Source: a virus. From it: a stretch of 45,084 bases of DNA. The stretch covers positions 1 through 45,084 of IMG/VR virus record IMGVR_UViG_3300010935_000116; one strand, given 5' to 3'. This document shows, one piece after another, positions 10,029 to 18,708 of this stretch. A model generated the notes under the pieces. That model saw nothing but the letters and a program-made list of their open reading frames with translations. It did not search any database and was not told where the DNA came from. The position numbers and the translations under genes are program-made. How positions within the stretch are numbered: position 1 is the stretch's first letter; each line of letters begins with the position of its first letter.

Positions 10029-10480
10029 ACTTCGTTAAGTTTTGCCAGCATAGCGGGCTTTATATAAAATTCTCTAATTTCCTGCATATTGTCGGGCTTA
10101 AGCCCCAGTATTTCCTTACCGTACTTACCTGTAAGGAATTCAGCCTTTGCATCGCTGCTCATTATTTCAGCAGCTGTATCGCTTATCCTTTCCATATAGC
10201 CACCACTTGCAAAATCGCCCTCGTCGTGTAGCGTTACCCTATCATAAGGCTGCCCTTTGGCTGCTTTGTACATTTCGGTAGCTGGTGCGTAAGGCTTGTA
10301 ATCCATTATCGGCACGTTAAGCCTGTTTACGCCCTCAAGGTATAACTGCTCGCCAAAGTTCATATCCAGCACTATGTTATCATTATCCATAAGCGCATCC
10401 ACAGCCAGCTTATCAGCTTCCGCTTGGAACGCCTTAAGCCTTTTAAGCTTTTCCTCTATTGCTGCCAATCCTTGTAACAT
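10025..10480 (-). CDS. Hypothetical head-tail connector-region protein
   Basis: 151-aa ORF, the first gene after terminator 10570..10600. Confidence 0.55.
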   Translation of the reverse strand: MLQGLAAIEEKLKRLKAFQAEADKLAVDALMDNDNIVLDMNFGEQLYLEGVNRLNVPIMDYKPYAPATEMYKAAKGQPYDRVTLHDEGDFASGGYMERISDTAAEIMSSDAKAEFLTGKYGKEILGLKPDNMQEIREFYIKPAMLAKLNEV

Positions 10481-10569
10481 TTGCCTTATTTGTAACTGCT
10501 TGCTGGTTAATAATTTAGTTACAAGTCTGTACGGGGTAGAGACTAAAATAACTACACTACAAAGCTAAC

Positions 10570-10600
10570 AAAAAAAGCGCACCCTTTACGAGTGCGCTTT
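10570..10600 (-). terminator. Rho-independent terminator
   Basis: Stem AGCGCAC / GTGCGCT (10576..10582 and 10592..10598) with a 9-nt loop. On the minus-strand transcript it is followed by a run of 7 U. It lies 21 nt after the stop of 10621..11121. Confidence 0.75.
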
Positions 10601-10620
10601 TATTATGCTTTTTTAATAGC

Positions 10621-11121
10621 TTATTCCAGCTGTTCCGCCCTATCGGGTTCGGGCATCTTGGTAAGCCTTACCGCTTTAATAGTTTGGTGCTTTTCCATTA
10701 CTGCCTTACAAACCCTATGCCAGCCGTCTGCAAGTATGCCCTCGTCGTCATATATAATCGGGTAATTTAAATCGGCTTCCTGTATTCGCTTATAGTGGTG
10801 CAGCATACTGTTAAGGTTCATATCATCGCCCCACGGTTTACTTGATAAGTTAATACTTGCCAGCGGTACATCAAAAGCCTGTAAGCCATCTGCTGCCTTA
10901 TGCAGCTTTAATGCGCTCCATACGTTTGTTCCATCGCTGTACTCGTTTTCTGCATAATCAAAGTTACTTAACACTACGCTCGTGTCTGCTTTTGCCATAT
11001 CTACGCTGTTAATGGTTAATACTGTTTCTTCCATACTTTGCCCCGTGTCCGCTTCTGCTGCGTTGCACGTAAAACCGATATCTGCTACCAGTAAAATAAA
11101 AAGGGTGCTTTTTAATTTCAT
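10621..11121 (-). CDS. Signal-peptide-bearing ParB/Srx-like domain protein
   Basis: The N-terminus MKLKSTLFILLVADIGFTCNAAEA looks like a signal peptide. The C-terminal YPIIYDDEGILADGWHRVCKAVMEKHQTIKAVRL resembles the ParB-like nuclease-domain core (DGxHR). Confidence 0.5.
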   Translation of the reverse strand: MKLKSTLFILLVADIGFTCNAAEADTGQSMEETVLTINSVDMAKADTSVVLSNFDYAENEYSDGTNVWSALKLHKAADGLQAFDVPLASINLSSKPWGDDMNLNSMLHHYKRIQEADLNYPIIYDDEGILADGWHRVCKAVMEKHQTIKAVRLTKMPEPDRAEQLE

Positions 11122-11144
11122 ATTTCAAATGTACTATAAATTAA

Positions 11145-11432
11145 TTAATTGCTTTTCTTAGTCTGTCGGCTTTTCTTTTGGAACTCATACGCTGCGCCCT
11201 CAATTATGATATAGTCCCGCATATCTGCTGCAAACTGCCGAGCGTTTGCTTCTGTTCTGTCTAAGCTTATAAACGTGTACAACTTACCCCGATAGTCCCC
11301 GTGATGGTTGCTTACACAAAACTCGTAAGCTTCCTGCTGGTAAGTAGCACGCCAGTAAGTGCTTTTCCTACTGGTGTACTTCTTTTCCATTGTGCAGCCC
11401 TGTATAAATTCCTCACGTGTAGCCAGCCCCAT
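11145..11432 (-). CDS. Hypothetical protein
   Basis: 95-aa ORF in the co-directional array. Confidence 0.55.
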   Translation of the reverse strand: MGLATREEFIQGCTMEKKYTSRKSTYWRATYQQEAYEFCVSNHHGDYRGKLYTFISLDRTEANARQFAADMRDYIIIEGAAYEFQKKSRQTKKSN

Positions 11433-11441
11433 ATCGTAACC

Positions 11442-12722
11442 CTATACAGTTCTGTACCTTACGCCGTTCTTTTTACACGGTAAGCATAGCCTGTTCAACC
11501 CCTCAACGTTTAACTGTATTGCGCTTAAAGCCTGTTCATACTTAAACTTAATGCCTGTATTTCTTCCCCGTGTATCGCCGTCAATTTCGTACAGTAGTTT
11601 ATCTACGCTTATGGTGCTTTCGCTTTGGTTTATTCTACTGTTTGGATTGTATGCTAATTCACGCAGTAAGTTAATAGCAACCTGCTTACGTAATACGCTT
11701 TTGAAAAGGTCTGCCTGTTCTATGAATAGGTCTGTATAATCGCAGTATAGTGTTAGGGCAAAGTTGATGCCTTGGTTACTGGTGTATTCGTAACGGTTAT
11801 CTGTTATGTCCCATAGTTCGGGGTCGTCGGCTTGGGGTACTGTAAAGGGGTGGAATTCTATATACGGGCTGTGTAGCTTCCACGTGTTTACCTCTGTCTT
11901 ACTGGCGCAGCTTTCGCACGGTAGTTCGTTCCACGTTTTGTCTTTGCGTATTGCAAGCCCTGGCGTTTCGTTTTCTACGTAAGTAATGTAATAAGCCCCG
12001 CCGCTATCGTTTAGATCACTTACATAAGGCAGTTCCCAGTTAAGGGCAAACCATTGCACGCTGTTAATTTTGCTATAACTTAAAATAAGCTGTTTTAAGG
12101 GCTGTTCTTGGCTGCTATGGTGTAAGTATATGGTTATATCGCCAATCGCTGTAAATTGTAAGCCTATGCGTTCAATTTTGGGCGTTATGCCTTTGCTTCT
12201 ACTGGTAACTATTTCAAAACCTGCACGGCGTTGTCTTTTGGCAATAGTGTCCTGTATTCTACCGATACCATCGAAAAGCGTTTTGTTTTCCAGTATAGGC
12301 TTGGCGGTCTTTACAAGTTCCTTGCCCTCTAAGAAGTTTATAATACAGTCCTGCATTGCTGCCTGTGTCTTTGTTCTTAGCCAGCTGCTAAACGGTTCAA
12401 ATACTTTCCAGTCTGCTGCGCTGTTTACTGGTTTGCTGCCTGTGGTGGCTCTTAAAGCTTGGTAGTTAATACCGTCGTCTTTTATGATGCTGTCCTTGGC
12501 GTATGCCGTTGCTACGTCCCAAGCTGGGTAATTTACAAGCGCATAGTCGGGCATAATGCTCTGTAAGTTCTGCAAGGTAAGTAACGGGTGTTCGTCTTGG
12601 TAATACATACCGCTGGTGCTTTCCAGTAAGTCGGTATCTATTTGCCCAGCGTTCGGGTCGTGGTTCTGTCGCCAGCCTATTAAGCCGCCCCACGCTGTTA
12701 ATACTTTTTCTACGTTGTACAT
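11442..12722 (-). CDS. Structural-module protein with a CBM5/12-like carbohydrate-binding motif
   Basis: 426 aa, the first gene after the capsid terminator. Residues 64-107 (YPAWDVATAYAKDSIIKDDGINYQALRATTGSKPVNSAADWKV) fit the W..Y..G..V..G..Y.A......P.....W pattern. Confidence 0.55.
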   Translation of the reverse strand: MYNVEKVLTAWGGLIGWRQNHDPNAGQIDTDLLESTSGMYYQDEHPLLTLQNLQSIMPDYALVNYPAWDVATAYAKDSIIKDDGINYQALRATTGSKPVNSAADWKVFEPFSSWLRTKTQAAMQDCIINFLEGKELVKTAKPILENKTLFDGIGRIQDTIAKRQRRAGFEIVTSRSKGITPKIERIGLQFTAIGDITIYLHHSSQEQPLKQLILSYSKINSVQWFALNWELPYVSDLNDSGGAYYITYVENETPGLAIRKDKTWNELPCESCASKTEVNTWKLHSPYIEFHPFTVPQADDPELWDITDNRYEYTSNQGINFALTLYCDYTDLFIEQADLFKSVLRKQVAINLLRELAYNPNSRINQSESTISVDKLLYEIDGDTRGRNTGIKFKYEQALSAIQLNVEGLNRLCLPCKKNGVRYRTV

Positions 12723-12735
12723 ATCTGTATAAATT

Positions 12736-12768
12736 AAAAAAGGGTGCTAAGGTTTCCCCAGCACCCTT
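12736..12768 (-). terminator. Rho-independent terminator after the major capsid gene
   Basis: 9-bp stem AAGGGTGCT / AGCACCCTT (12740..12748 and 12760..12768) followed by UUUUUU on the minus transcript. Confidence 0.8.
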
Positions 12769-12790
12769 ATAGGTTTTGCTTACGCATTTA

Positions 12791-13840
12791 CTAAGCTGCG
12801 CCCTCTGTTTTCACATCAAGCTTAAGGATAGGGCTTGCTAAGTTTGCCGCATCGCTGTTTTCAGCTACAACAAACGCCACATCAACGGCGAAACCGTAAT
12901 GCTCCTTTTTAGCACGTGTAAGGTCTGCCGTAGCTGCCCCACTTATACCGCTAAAGTCCCCTACACTTTCGTAGTAGTAAGTACCTACTGGCATATCCAG
13001 CATCGGTAACGTGTCAATATCCCACTCGTGTCCTGTACGGCTACGGCTTCTTAATAAAGCTTCACGCTCGAAACGTGTAAGCATTCCAACCGTACCCTGC
13101 GGCACAGCGAAAGCAGTAGCGTAACGGTCAACAGCATTCGCCACCTCATTACTCCAATGCCACACCTTATCGGCGTATTGGATTTGCTTGTTTGTTTCGT
13201 TGTAAAGCCCCTTTTCAGCAAGCTTACGCACTAAACTTTCCACGCCCGTATTACCTACCACGTGAAGCGGTGCGTAAACGTCGTTACTTGATTGCATCGG
13301 GTTAATGTCCCCGATAATTTCCTCACGCTTTACGAAGTCCCCAGTAACTACATTACCAGCAAACGTATAAAGCCCTAACGTGTCGTTAAGTACTTGCGTT
13401 TTGTTTGCATCTAATGAAGCCACAGCTGCACCGTCTAACGTTTTCCCAAACTTGTACAGGTACTTATTGAACTTACGCTCGAAATCTGCTTGGATGCTTA
13501 TTTCGTTGTTCATATAAGCCGCAGGCACAATCGTAAAGCCCCAGCTGTACGTTGCGAATACAATAGTAACCAGTCGGCTATTATTCTCGCTGTCGGGAAT
13601 TGTTACGGTACGGGTGTTCCCTATCGTAATTGTACCATCGTAATCTATTACTGGCACTTGCAAAGTACTACCGATAGACTTTTCAGCCTTATCTGTTAGT
13701 TCGGGACTAATTATCCCAGCTGGGTCAGCAGTTTGCTGCATAAATAGGTCTAAAGCACCATAACGTGACGGGCGTAGTTCCCACTTATCAAGATTTGCCT
13801 TTGCTCGCAAATTTTGCATCCGTGTGTTAATCAAACTCAT
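12791..13840 (-). CDS. Major capsid protein (candidate)
   Basis: 349 aa, directly after the scaffold-like gene and followed by a strong terminator. Size and synteny are typical of a major capsid protein. No motif-level proof. Confidence 0.6.
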   Translation of the reverse strand: MSLINTRMQNLRAKANLDKWELRPSRYGALDLFMQQTADPAGIISPELTDKAEKSIGSTLQVPVIDYDGTITIGNTRTVTIPDSENNSRLVTIVFATYSWGFTIVPAAYMNNEISIQADFERKFNKYLYKFGKTLDGAAVASLDANKTQVLNDTLGLYTFAGNVVTGDFVKREEIIGDINPMQSSNDVYAPLHVVGNTGVESLVRKLAEKGLYNETNKQIQYADKVWHWSNEVANAVDRYATAFAVPQGTVGMLTRFEREALLRSRSRTGHEWDIDTLPMLDMPVGTYYYESVGDFSGISGAATADLTRAKKEHYGFAVDVAFVVAENSDAANLASPILKLDVKTEGAA

Positions 13841-13901
13841 AATTGAATTTTTTTAAAGGTTAATATTAATTAAAGTTGAAAGCTAACTGCCCATCGTTTG
13901 C

Positions 13902-14843
13902 TTATCGTAAAGGTAGTTTCTCTACCTCGTTTTCTGTTCTAATTTTTGTAAATTCTTCGTTATACTCTGAACTACCACGTGTCAAGCCTTTGCTCATAAG
14001 GTAATCCGTAGCAAGTTCGTCCGCTTCTACCTGCGTTTTAGCACTTGATAAGCTTAAGGCACTCCCGCCTGCTCCGCCGCCTGCTGGTGCGCCTGTTCCG
14101 CCACCTGGCTGCTGCTTACCTAAATCAAGTACATCGCCAATCTTACTAACAAATAATTCTTCTGCTGTGTAAGGGTTAAGGTTATTTTCAGCGTTACGCT
14201 TAATTTCCCCGTCTGCCCCTCTAAATACTAAACGCTTACCGCCTTGCCCGTCGTCTATCCAGTCGGGTGTGTTTTCAGCAAGTACCGCAGCCTTTGCATT
14301 GCTTACAAAGCTTTCCCTTACGGCTTTGCTTATAATGCTTTCGTCTTTGAATTTCTTACCTACCAGCGCACGGTCAAACTCGTTGCTTAGCGTAATGTCT
14401 GTATTTGCTTTCTGTGCAGCTGCCAGCTTAGTATCGTAATCGGTTTTATCCGCTTCAATTTTAGCCTGCAAATCTGTTTTAAGCTTTTCAAGGTCTTGCA
14501 AACGCTTAGCCGTAGCTTCATCAATTTTGCCGTCCTTAAGCTGGGTTTCCAGCTGTTCCTTTTCCGTCTTAAGTGCATCCAGCTTACCCTGTAATTTTGT
14601 AGCCTGCTGCACCTTTGGCAGTACATCGGCTTTCATCCATTCGTAAGTCTTTACGCCCTCGGGTCTTTTTAAACCAGTTACTGCTTCAATATCACGGTCA
14701 TACTGTCCGTGTATTTCGCCAATGCGCTGCGCAAGTACTGCGTTTTCATCGTTTGTACTTAATTCAGCGATTGCTGCCGTTTGCTCGTCCGTTAAGGCAG
14801 CAAGTGCTGCGCTGCCTTTTAATTTTTCTGCGTTTAATGCCAT
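13902..14843 (-). CDS. Scaffolding protein (candidate)
   Basis: 313 aa, strongly coiled-coil-like (KLQGKLDALKTEKEQLETQLKDGK...), with a Gly-rich linker. It lies between portal and capsid. Confidence 0.5.
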   Translation of the reverse strand: MALNAEKLKGSAALAALTDEQTAAIAELSTNDENAVLAQRIGEIHGQYDRDIEAVTGLKRPEGVKTYEWMKADVLPKVQQATKLQGKLDALKTEKEQLETQLKDGKIDEATAKRLQDLEKLKTDLQAKIEADKTDYDTKLAAAQKANTDITLSNEFDRALVGKKFKDESIISKAVRESFVSNAKAAVLAENTPDWIDDGQGGKRLVFRGADGEIKRNAENNLNPYTAEELFVSKIGDVLDLGKQQPGGGTGAPAGGGAGGSALSLSSAKTQVEADELATDYLMSKGLTRGSSEYNEEFTKIRTENEVEKLPLR

Positions 14844-14857
14844 AGTAATTTCCCTTT

Positions 14858-15397
14858 TTACTTATTGGTTTTAGCTTCTTTTTTGGCTTCCGCTTTTGCC
14901 TTATCAACTCCACACAAAGCGTATTCGCCTGTCGGGTCGTGTAATAAATCTACCGAGTAGCCTAAGCCTACACTATTGCGCTCAAAGTTCGCAAATGCTT
15001 TCGGCGAAAATACTTGCAGCTGTGGCTTACTTTGCCTGTCCCCGCTGTTCTTATCAAAGCTTTTAACCTCGATACGTGCGTGGTAGCTGCTTTCAGTCCC
15101 TGGCTCGGGTACGAAAGTATCTTTTGTATGCTTTAATAAATCCGTTTTGCGGGACTTTTCAAGCTTTGCAGCTTTTTCTGCTGCTGCCTTTTCTTCCGCA
15201 GCTTTTTTATCTGCTGCCGCTTTTTCTTCTGCTGCCTTTGCATCGGCTGCCTTTTTTGCTGCTGCTGCTTCTGCATCAGCTGCTGCTTTTTCGTCAGCTG
15301 CTTTTTTCTTTGCCGCTGCTGCTTCGTCTGCCTTAGCTTTCGCCGCTGCCTGCTCCGCCGTCGGCTGGGGCTGGTTTGGTGTATTCTGTTTTGCCAT
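14858..15397 (-). CDS. Ala/Lys/Glu-rich low-complexity protein with a C-terminal globular domain
   Basis: 179 aa. Residues about 15-80 read AAAKAKADEAAAAKKKAADEKAAADAEAAAAKK... The start lies 65 nt inside the 3' end of the portal ORF. Confidence 0.55.
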   Translation of the reverse strand: MAKQNTPNQPQPTAEQAAAKAKADEAAAAKKKAADEKAAADAEAAAAKKAADAKAAEEKAAADKKAAEEKAAAEKAAKLEKSRKTDLLKHTKDTFVPEPGTESSYHARIEVKSFDKNSGDRQSKPQLQVFSPKAFANFERNSVGLGYSVDLLHDPTGEYALCGVDKAKAEAKKEAKTNK

Positions 15398-17090
15398 AAC
15401 TTCTAAAAGTGTTTAAGATTATACTTATTTTTTGATTAAACGGTAAGGCGTTTCCAAACTCTACGATATCGGTATTCTCACGTTCAAATCTTAGTACAAA
15501 TGTAGAAAAATTTAATTTAACTGCGATTAATTCCGTATCGCCAAAACCTGCTTCAAGCATTTCCAGCACTTCCGTCCTTGTTTGGTGGCGGTAAGGCTCT
15601 AAGTGTTTAAGCACCTGCGCACGCTCTAAAGCGTTGGGATTGTTACGGTTTTCCGTTTCAATGATTTGGTCTTGGATAGTGTCTAACTGGTAATCGGTTG
15701 CACCTGCTTCCTTAGCCGCTTTATATTCTGCGGTCAATTCGTTTGCGCTTTGTAAGTACCAGTCGCTGCCGTAAAATATTGTATTGTTTACATACAGTTC
15801 CCCGTACCTTAATCGGCATATAGTATCTTCCACCCAGCCCTGCACACGTTCAAAGTTTTTCTTTACGCTTAGCAGTACGTTTCTGCGGCTTTCAGTATTT
15901 GCCTGTACTTGGTCTTTATTAAAAGCCTTATTCATACTAATATCGCCGCCAAAACCTACGCAGGCGGTGTATATTTTTTCATAAAGCCTTTCGCATTCTT
16001 CTACATTGTAGTCAAGGCTTGCCTTATCTATTGTAGTGATCTGTACTGGGTTTCTTAAATCTGCGCCCTCATTTTCTCGGCTTGGTAATGGCACTTCGAT
16101 AAAGCTACCTACACCAGCCAAACGCTTATCTGCACAAACTGGGCATTTACTTACTTCCCCTGTGCGGGTTACATAGTAATCGCCGTGTGCGTTCTTTATA
16201 AAACCGCTTTCGCAATAATCGCCGTTTTCCTTATTGTCATACGTACAGTCCTGCTCAAAGCCGCTGTAAATTGGATAAGGTGCGTAAAGGTCGAGGTGCT
16301 TTTTACTGGTTTGGAAAAATAAAAGCCAGTCCAATGCTGCCAGCTGGTTGCTTAAAGGGCTTTTCTTAAGTGCTGGCTGGTTATCCATTAAAGGGTCGCC
16401 CCAAAACATAGTCGCAGGGCAGTAGCCTAAATCGTGCGCTGCCTGCGTTAATGGTTCTGCGCTTATTTCGCCTTTATCATCAAGCTGGTAAATACTGTAA
16501 TGCTCGTCGTCAATAACTGCCAGCTGGTTGTTAGGCTGTGGCAGCATTATCCATTCTATTACGCCGCTTGCGTTTGTCTTAAAGTCCTTTATGCCAGTAA
16601 CAGGCACAAAGTAAAAATACGGTGCTGGTCTTTCGCTGGTTTGCTCTGCTGGCAAATCCACCACCATAACGCCGTTAATGTTTGTTTTAAATTGCTTGAA
16701 AGCTTCGTAACGCCAAAAGTGGTAAGCATTAAGTACGCCGCCACGGTAATCGTTCCAATCTTGTAGATATTCGGGGTTTACAAAGTTGTAAACTTCGTAA
16801 GCATCTTTCCCGTCGTAAACCTTTTCCAAGGCGTTAAAAATTTCCTCGGTAAGTTCGTTCGTACTTACAGGAAACTTAAAAAGCTGCAAAAAGACATTGT
16901 ACTTATCTTTCGGCAGCAACTGCTTAACCCATTGCAGAAAATCATTAACCACAGCACGGGCATCTGCTGCGCTCATATTGGTATCAATATGAAAACGCAG
17001 CCTTTGCTCGTGGTATGCAGCTTTATTAATTATTTGCTTGCTTACTGGGCTTTTCAGTATTTCTCTTATTTGACTTCTTAATAAGCCCAT
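15333..17090 (-). CDS. Portal protein (candidate)
   Basis: 585 aa, the largest head-module ORF, upstream of scaffold and capsid. The call rests on size and synteny only. Confidence 0.55.
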   Translation of the reverse strand: MGLLRSQIREILKSPVSKQIINKAAYHEQRLRFHIDTNMSAADARAVVNDFLQWVKQLLPKDKYNVFLQLFKFPVSTNELTEEIFNALEKVYDGKDAYEVYNFVNPEYLQDWNDYRGGVLNAYHFWRYEAFKQFKTNINGVMVVDLPAEQTSERPAPYFYFVPVTGIKDFKTNASGVIEWIMLPQPNNQLAVIDDEHYSIYQLDDKGEISAEPLTQAAHDLGYCPATMFWGDPLMDNQPALKKSPLSNQLAALDWLLFFQTSKKHLDLYAPYPIYSGFEQDCTYDNKENGDYCESGFIKNAHGDYYVTRTGEVSKCPVCADKRLAGVGSFIEVPLPSRENEGADLRNPVQITTIDKASLDYNVEECERLYEKIYTACVGFGGDISMNKAFNKDQVQANTESRRNVLLSVKKNFERVQGWVEDTICRLRYGELYVNNTIFYGSDWYLQSANELTAEYKAAKEAGATDYQLDTIQDQIIETENRNNPNALERAQVLKHLEPYRHQTRTEVLEMLEAGFGDTELIAVKLNFSTFVLRFERENTDIVEFGNALPFNQKISIILNTFRSYGKTEYTKPAPADGGAGSGES

Positions 17091-17247
17091 CAGCTGTTAA
17101 TTTATAGGGTGAATTTTCGGGCAGTTTCCAGCCCCCGTTCTGCGGCATTTTAAGCAGCCGCTCGGCGTGGCTTATTTCTAACGTTTGGTCGCTTATCCGA
17201 CTGTTAGAATTAGTAAGCTGCACGCCTTTGCTTTTGCTTGCTGCCAT
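17026..17247 (-). CDS. Hypothetical small protein
   Basis: 73-aa ORF, start coupled to the stop of the upstream gene at 17247. It overlaps the annotated portal start by 65 nt. Confidence 0.45.
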   Translation of the reverse strand: MAASKSKGVQLTNSNSRISDQTLEISHAERLLKMPQNGGWKLPENSPYKLTADGLIKKSNKRNTEKPSKQANN

Positions 17248-17888
17248 TAAGGCGTTTTCAAGTCGTTAAGAGCATCGAAATCCGCAGGCGTAATGATAAC
17301 CAAGTTATCAGACCAGTTCGGGTATAAGCCGAATTCTACTGCGTTGCTGTCGATGTCTTCCAAACCGCCAAGCTTTTTATCCCCTATAAATAGCCCGTTA
17401 ATTGGAATAGGATAAACCTTTGTAGCTGGTTCAGCACCATCGCCCACAGCGATAATTCTACCGTATTCGTCCACCAAGTAAACGCCTACTTCCTCAACCA
17501 TATAAGTCTTAAGGGCTTTAATTGTTTTCTGTGCTGTACGCAAAAGCATTGCGCTTACAGCTGTCGACTCTCTACCGATTACGATTTCGATACCGCCCAG
17601 CGTTGCATTACCACCGCCGTACTTACGTGCAGCCCCTGGCTCAAATTCGGGTTGAGCGATGAAAGGCGTTTGTACTACCCTTGTATCATCAGCTGCTGCC
17701 AATAAAGGTGTCCAACTTGCCACAGCTGTCGGGTCTGCCGTTGCTACATCAAAAAAGTTTTTTGTTCCGTCTGCTTTTCTAAGTCTTTGAAAAGCTAATT
17801 TTTGTACCTGTCCTACGCTTTCCACGCAGTTTTCGATTGGTACTGCATTAAGTGCTGCGCCACGGGGGCATCCGCTTAGTAATCCCAT
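17247..17888 (-). CDS. Abundant-virion-protein candidate (possible major tail tube protein)
   Basis: 213 aa, the first gene after a terminator plus a TAGATTTG box. No tube-sized gene sits in the canonical slot before the chaperones. Weak inference. Confidence 0.3.
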   Translation of the reverse strand: MGLLSGCPRGAALNAVPIENCVESVGQVQKLAFQRLRKADGTKNFFDVATADPTAVASWTPLLAAADDTRVVQTPFIAQPEFEPGAARKYGGGNATLGGIEIVIGRESTAVSAMLLRTAQKTIKALKTYMVEEVGVYLVDEYGRIIAVGDGAEPATKVYPIPINGLFIGDKKLGGLEDIDSNAVEFGLYPNWSDNLVIITPADFDALNDLKTP

Positions 17889-17978
17889 TTTTTTAAGATT
17901 TTAAAGATTAATATTAGAGGCTTACCCGTCGACCTGTTAAGTATTTTATATATGCAAATCTACAAATTTTTAATTAAC

Positions 17979-18006
17979 AAAAAACCCCGCTTTAAAAAAA
18001 CGGGGT
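17979..18006 (-). terminator. Rho-independent terminator
   Basis: The minus transcript reads ACCCCG-UUUUUUUAAAG-CGGGGU followed by UUUUUG. Confidence 0.65.
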
Positions 18007-18011
18007 ACTTA

Positions 18012-18236
18012 CTATCGCCAGCCCTCTGCTTTTAGGGCTTCTACTTTGCTGGGGTGTACTTGCTTGGTAGTCTTATCAAGCTTAAGCCATACCCAGCCAG
18101 CTGCTGCCCTTTGGCTTTCAACTGCTAAAGCTTTGGGCATTGCTGCCTTTGCTTTTAATCTTTCCTTTTTGTTTACTGCCGTTCCTACACTATTGTCCTT
18201 GCGCTTTGTAGTAGGTTTTTCCTTGCCGTTTTTCAT
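18012..18236 (-). CDS. Small highly basic protein
   Basis: 74 aa, K/R-rich (KEKPTTKRKDNSVGTAVNKKERLKAKAAMPK). It overlaps the upstream ORF by 47 nt. Confidence 0.45.
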   Translation of the reverse strand: MKNGKEKPTTKRKDNSVGTAVNKKERLKAKAAMPKALAVESQRAAAGWVWLKLDKTTKQVHPSKVEALKAEGWR

Positions 18237-18657
18237 AATTTAAGTCTTTTGCCCAGCTTTCCAGCCTGCCCAAAGTTTTGCGCAGCTGTGCCTTTTGGGC
18301 TTTGTTTTTATTGTTCTTAATAGCTTCCTTAAGCTTATTAATACGGTTTACATTTAGCTGGTTTGATAAATTGCTATTCTTAAGCCGTGTAATTTGTCGC
18401 AGCATTTTACTTTTTGCTGCCTGCTTGGTAAGCCCCAAATACATTTCAAAAATATCGGGGTTTTTAACTTTCATAAGCATAAGCTTGGCAGCGTAGTAAT
18501 CACTTAATGCATCATCAAACTTATCGTAAGCATCGTAATAATCTTGTAATGCCGTTTCGCTTGCTGCGCCCTTTGCTTGCTCTGCACGCATTTCCTTTGT
18601 GCCGTGTAACCTATGTACCTGCGCCTTAAGCCTGCGCACTCTTGTTTCTGTAGCCAT
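18190..18657 (-). CDS. Basic coiled-coil-like hypothetical protein
   Basis: 155-aa ORF starting 13 nt after terminator 18670..18697. Confidence 0.55.
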   Translation of the reverse strand: MATETRVRRLKAQVHRLHGTKEMRAEQAKGAASETALQDYYDAYDKFDDALSDYYAAKLMLMKVKNPDIFEMYLGLTKQAAKSKMLRQITRLKNSNLSNQLNVNRINKLKEAIKNNKNKAQKAQLRKTLGRLESWAKDLNYEKRQGKTYYKAQGQ

Positions 18658-18669
18658 ATAAGCAAATAT

Positions 18670-18697
18670 AAAAAAGCCCCAGCTGTGTGCAGGGGCT
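18670..18697 (-). terminator. Rho-independent terminator
   Basis: The minus transcript reads AGCCCCUGC-ACACA-GCUGGGGCU with one internal mismatch, followed by UUUUU. It lies 12 nt after the ATPase stop. Confidence 0.7.
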
Positions 18698-18708
18698 TAG
18701 TGGTATTT

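Noticed and set aside
12466-12693. Nested minus-strand ORFs in alternative frames (12466..12693, 14387..14626, 19044..19253, 33787..33978, 36760..36942)
   Set aside because: Each is fully contained within a larger ORF that fits the operon structure. Their compositions are R/K/L-rich and look like frame artefacts, and none has independent signals.
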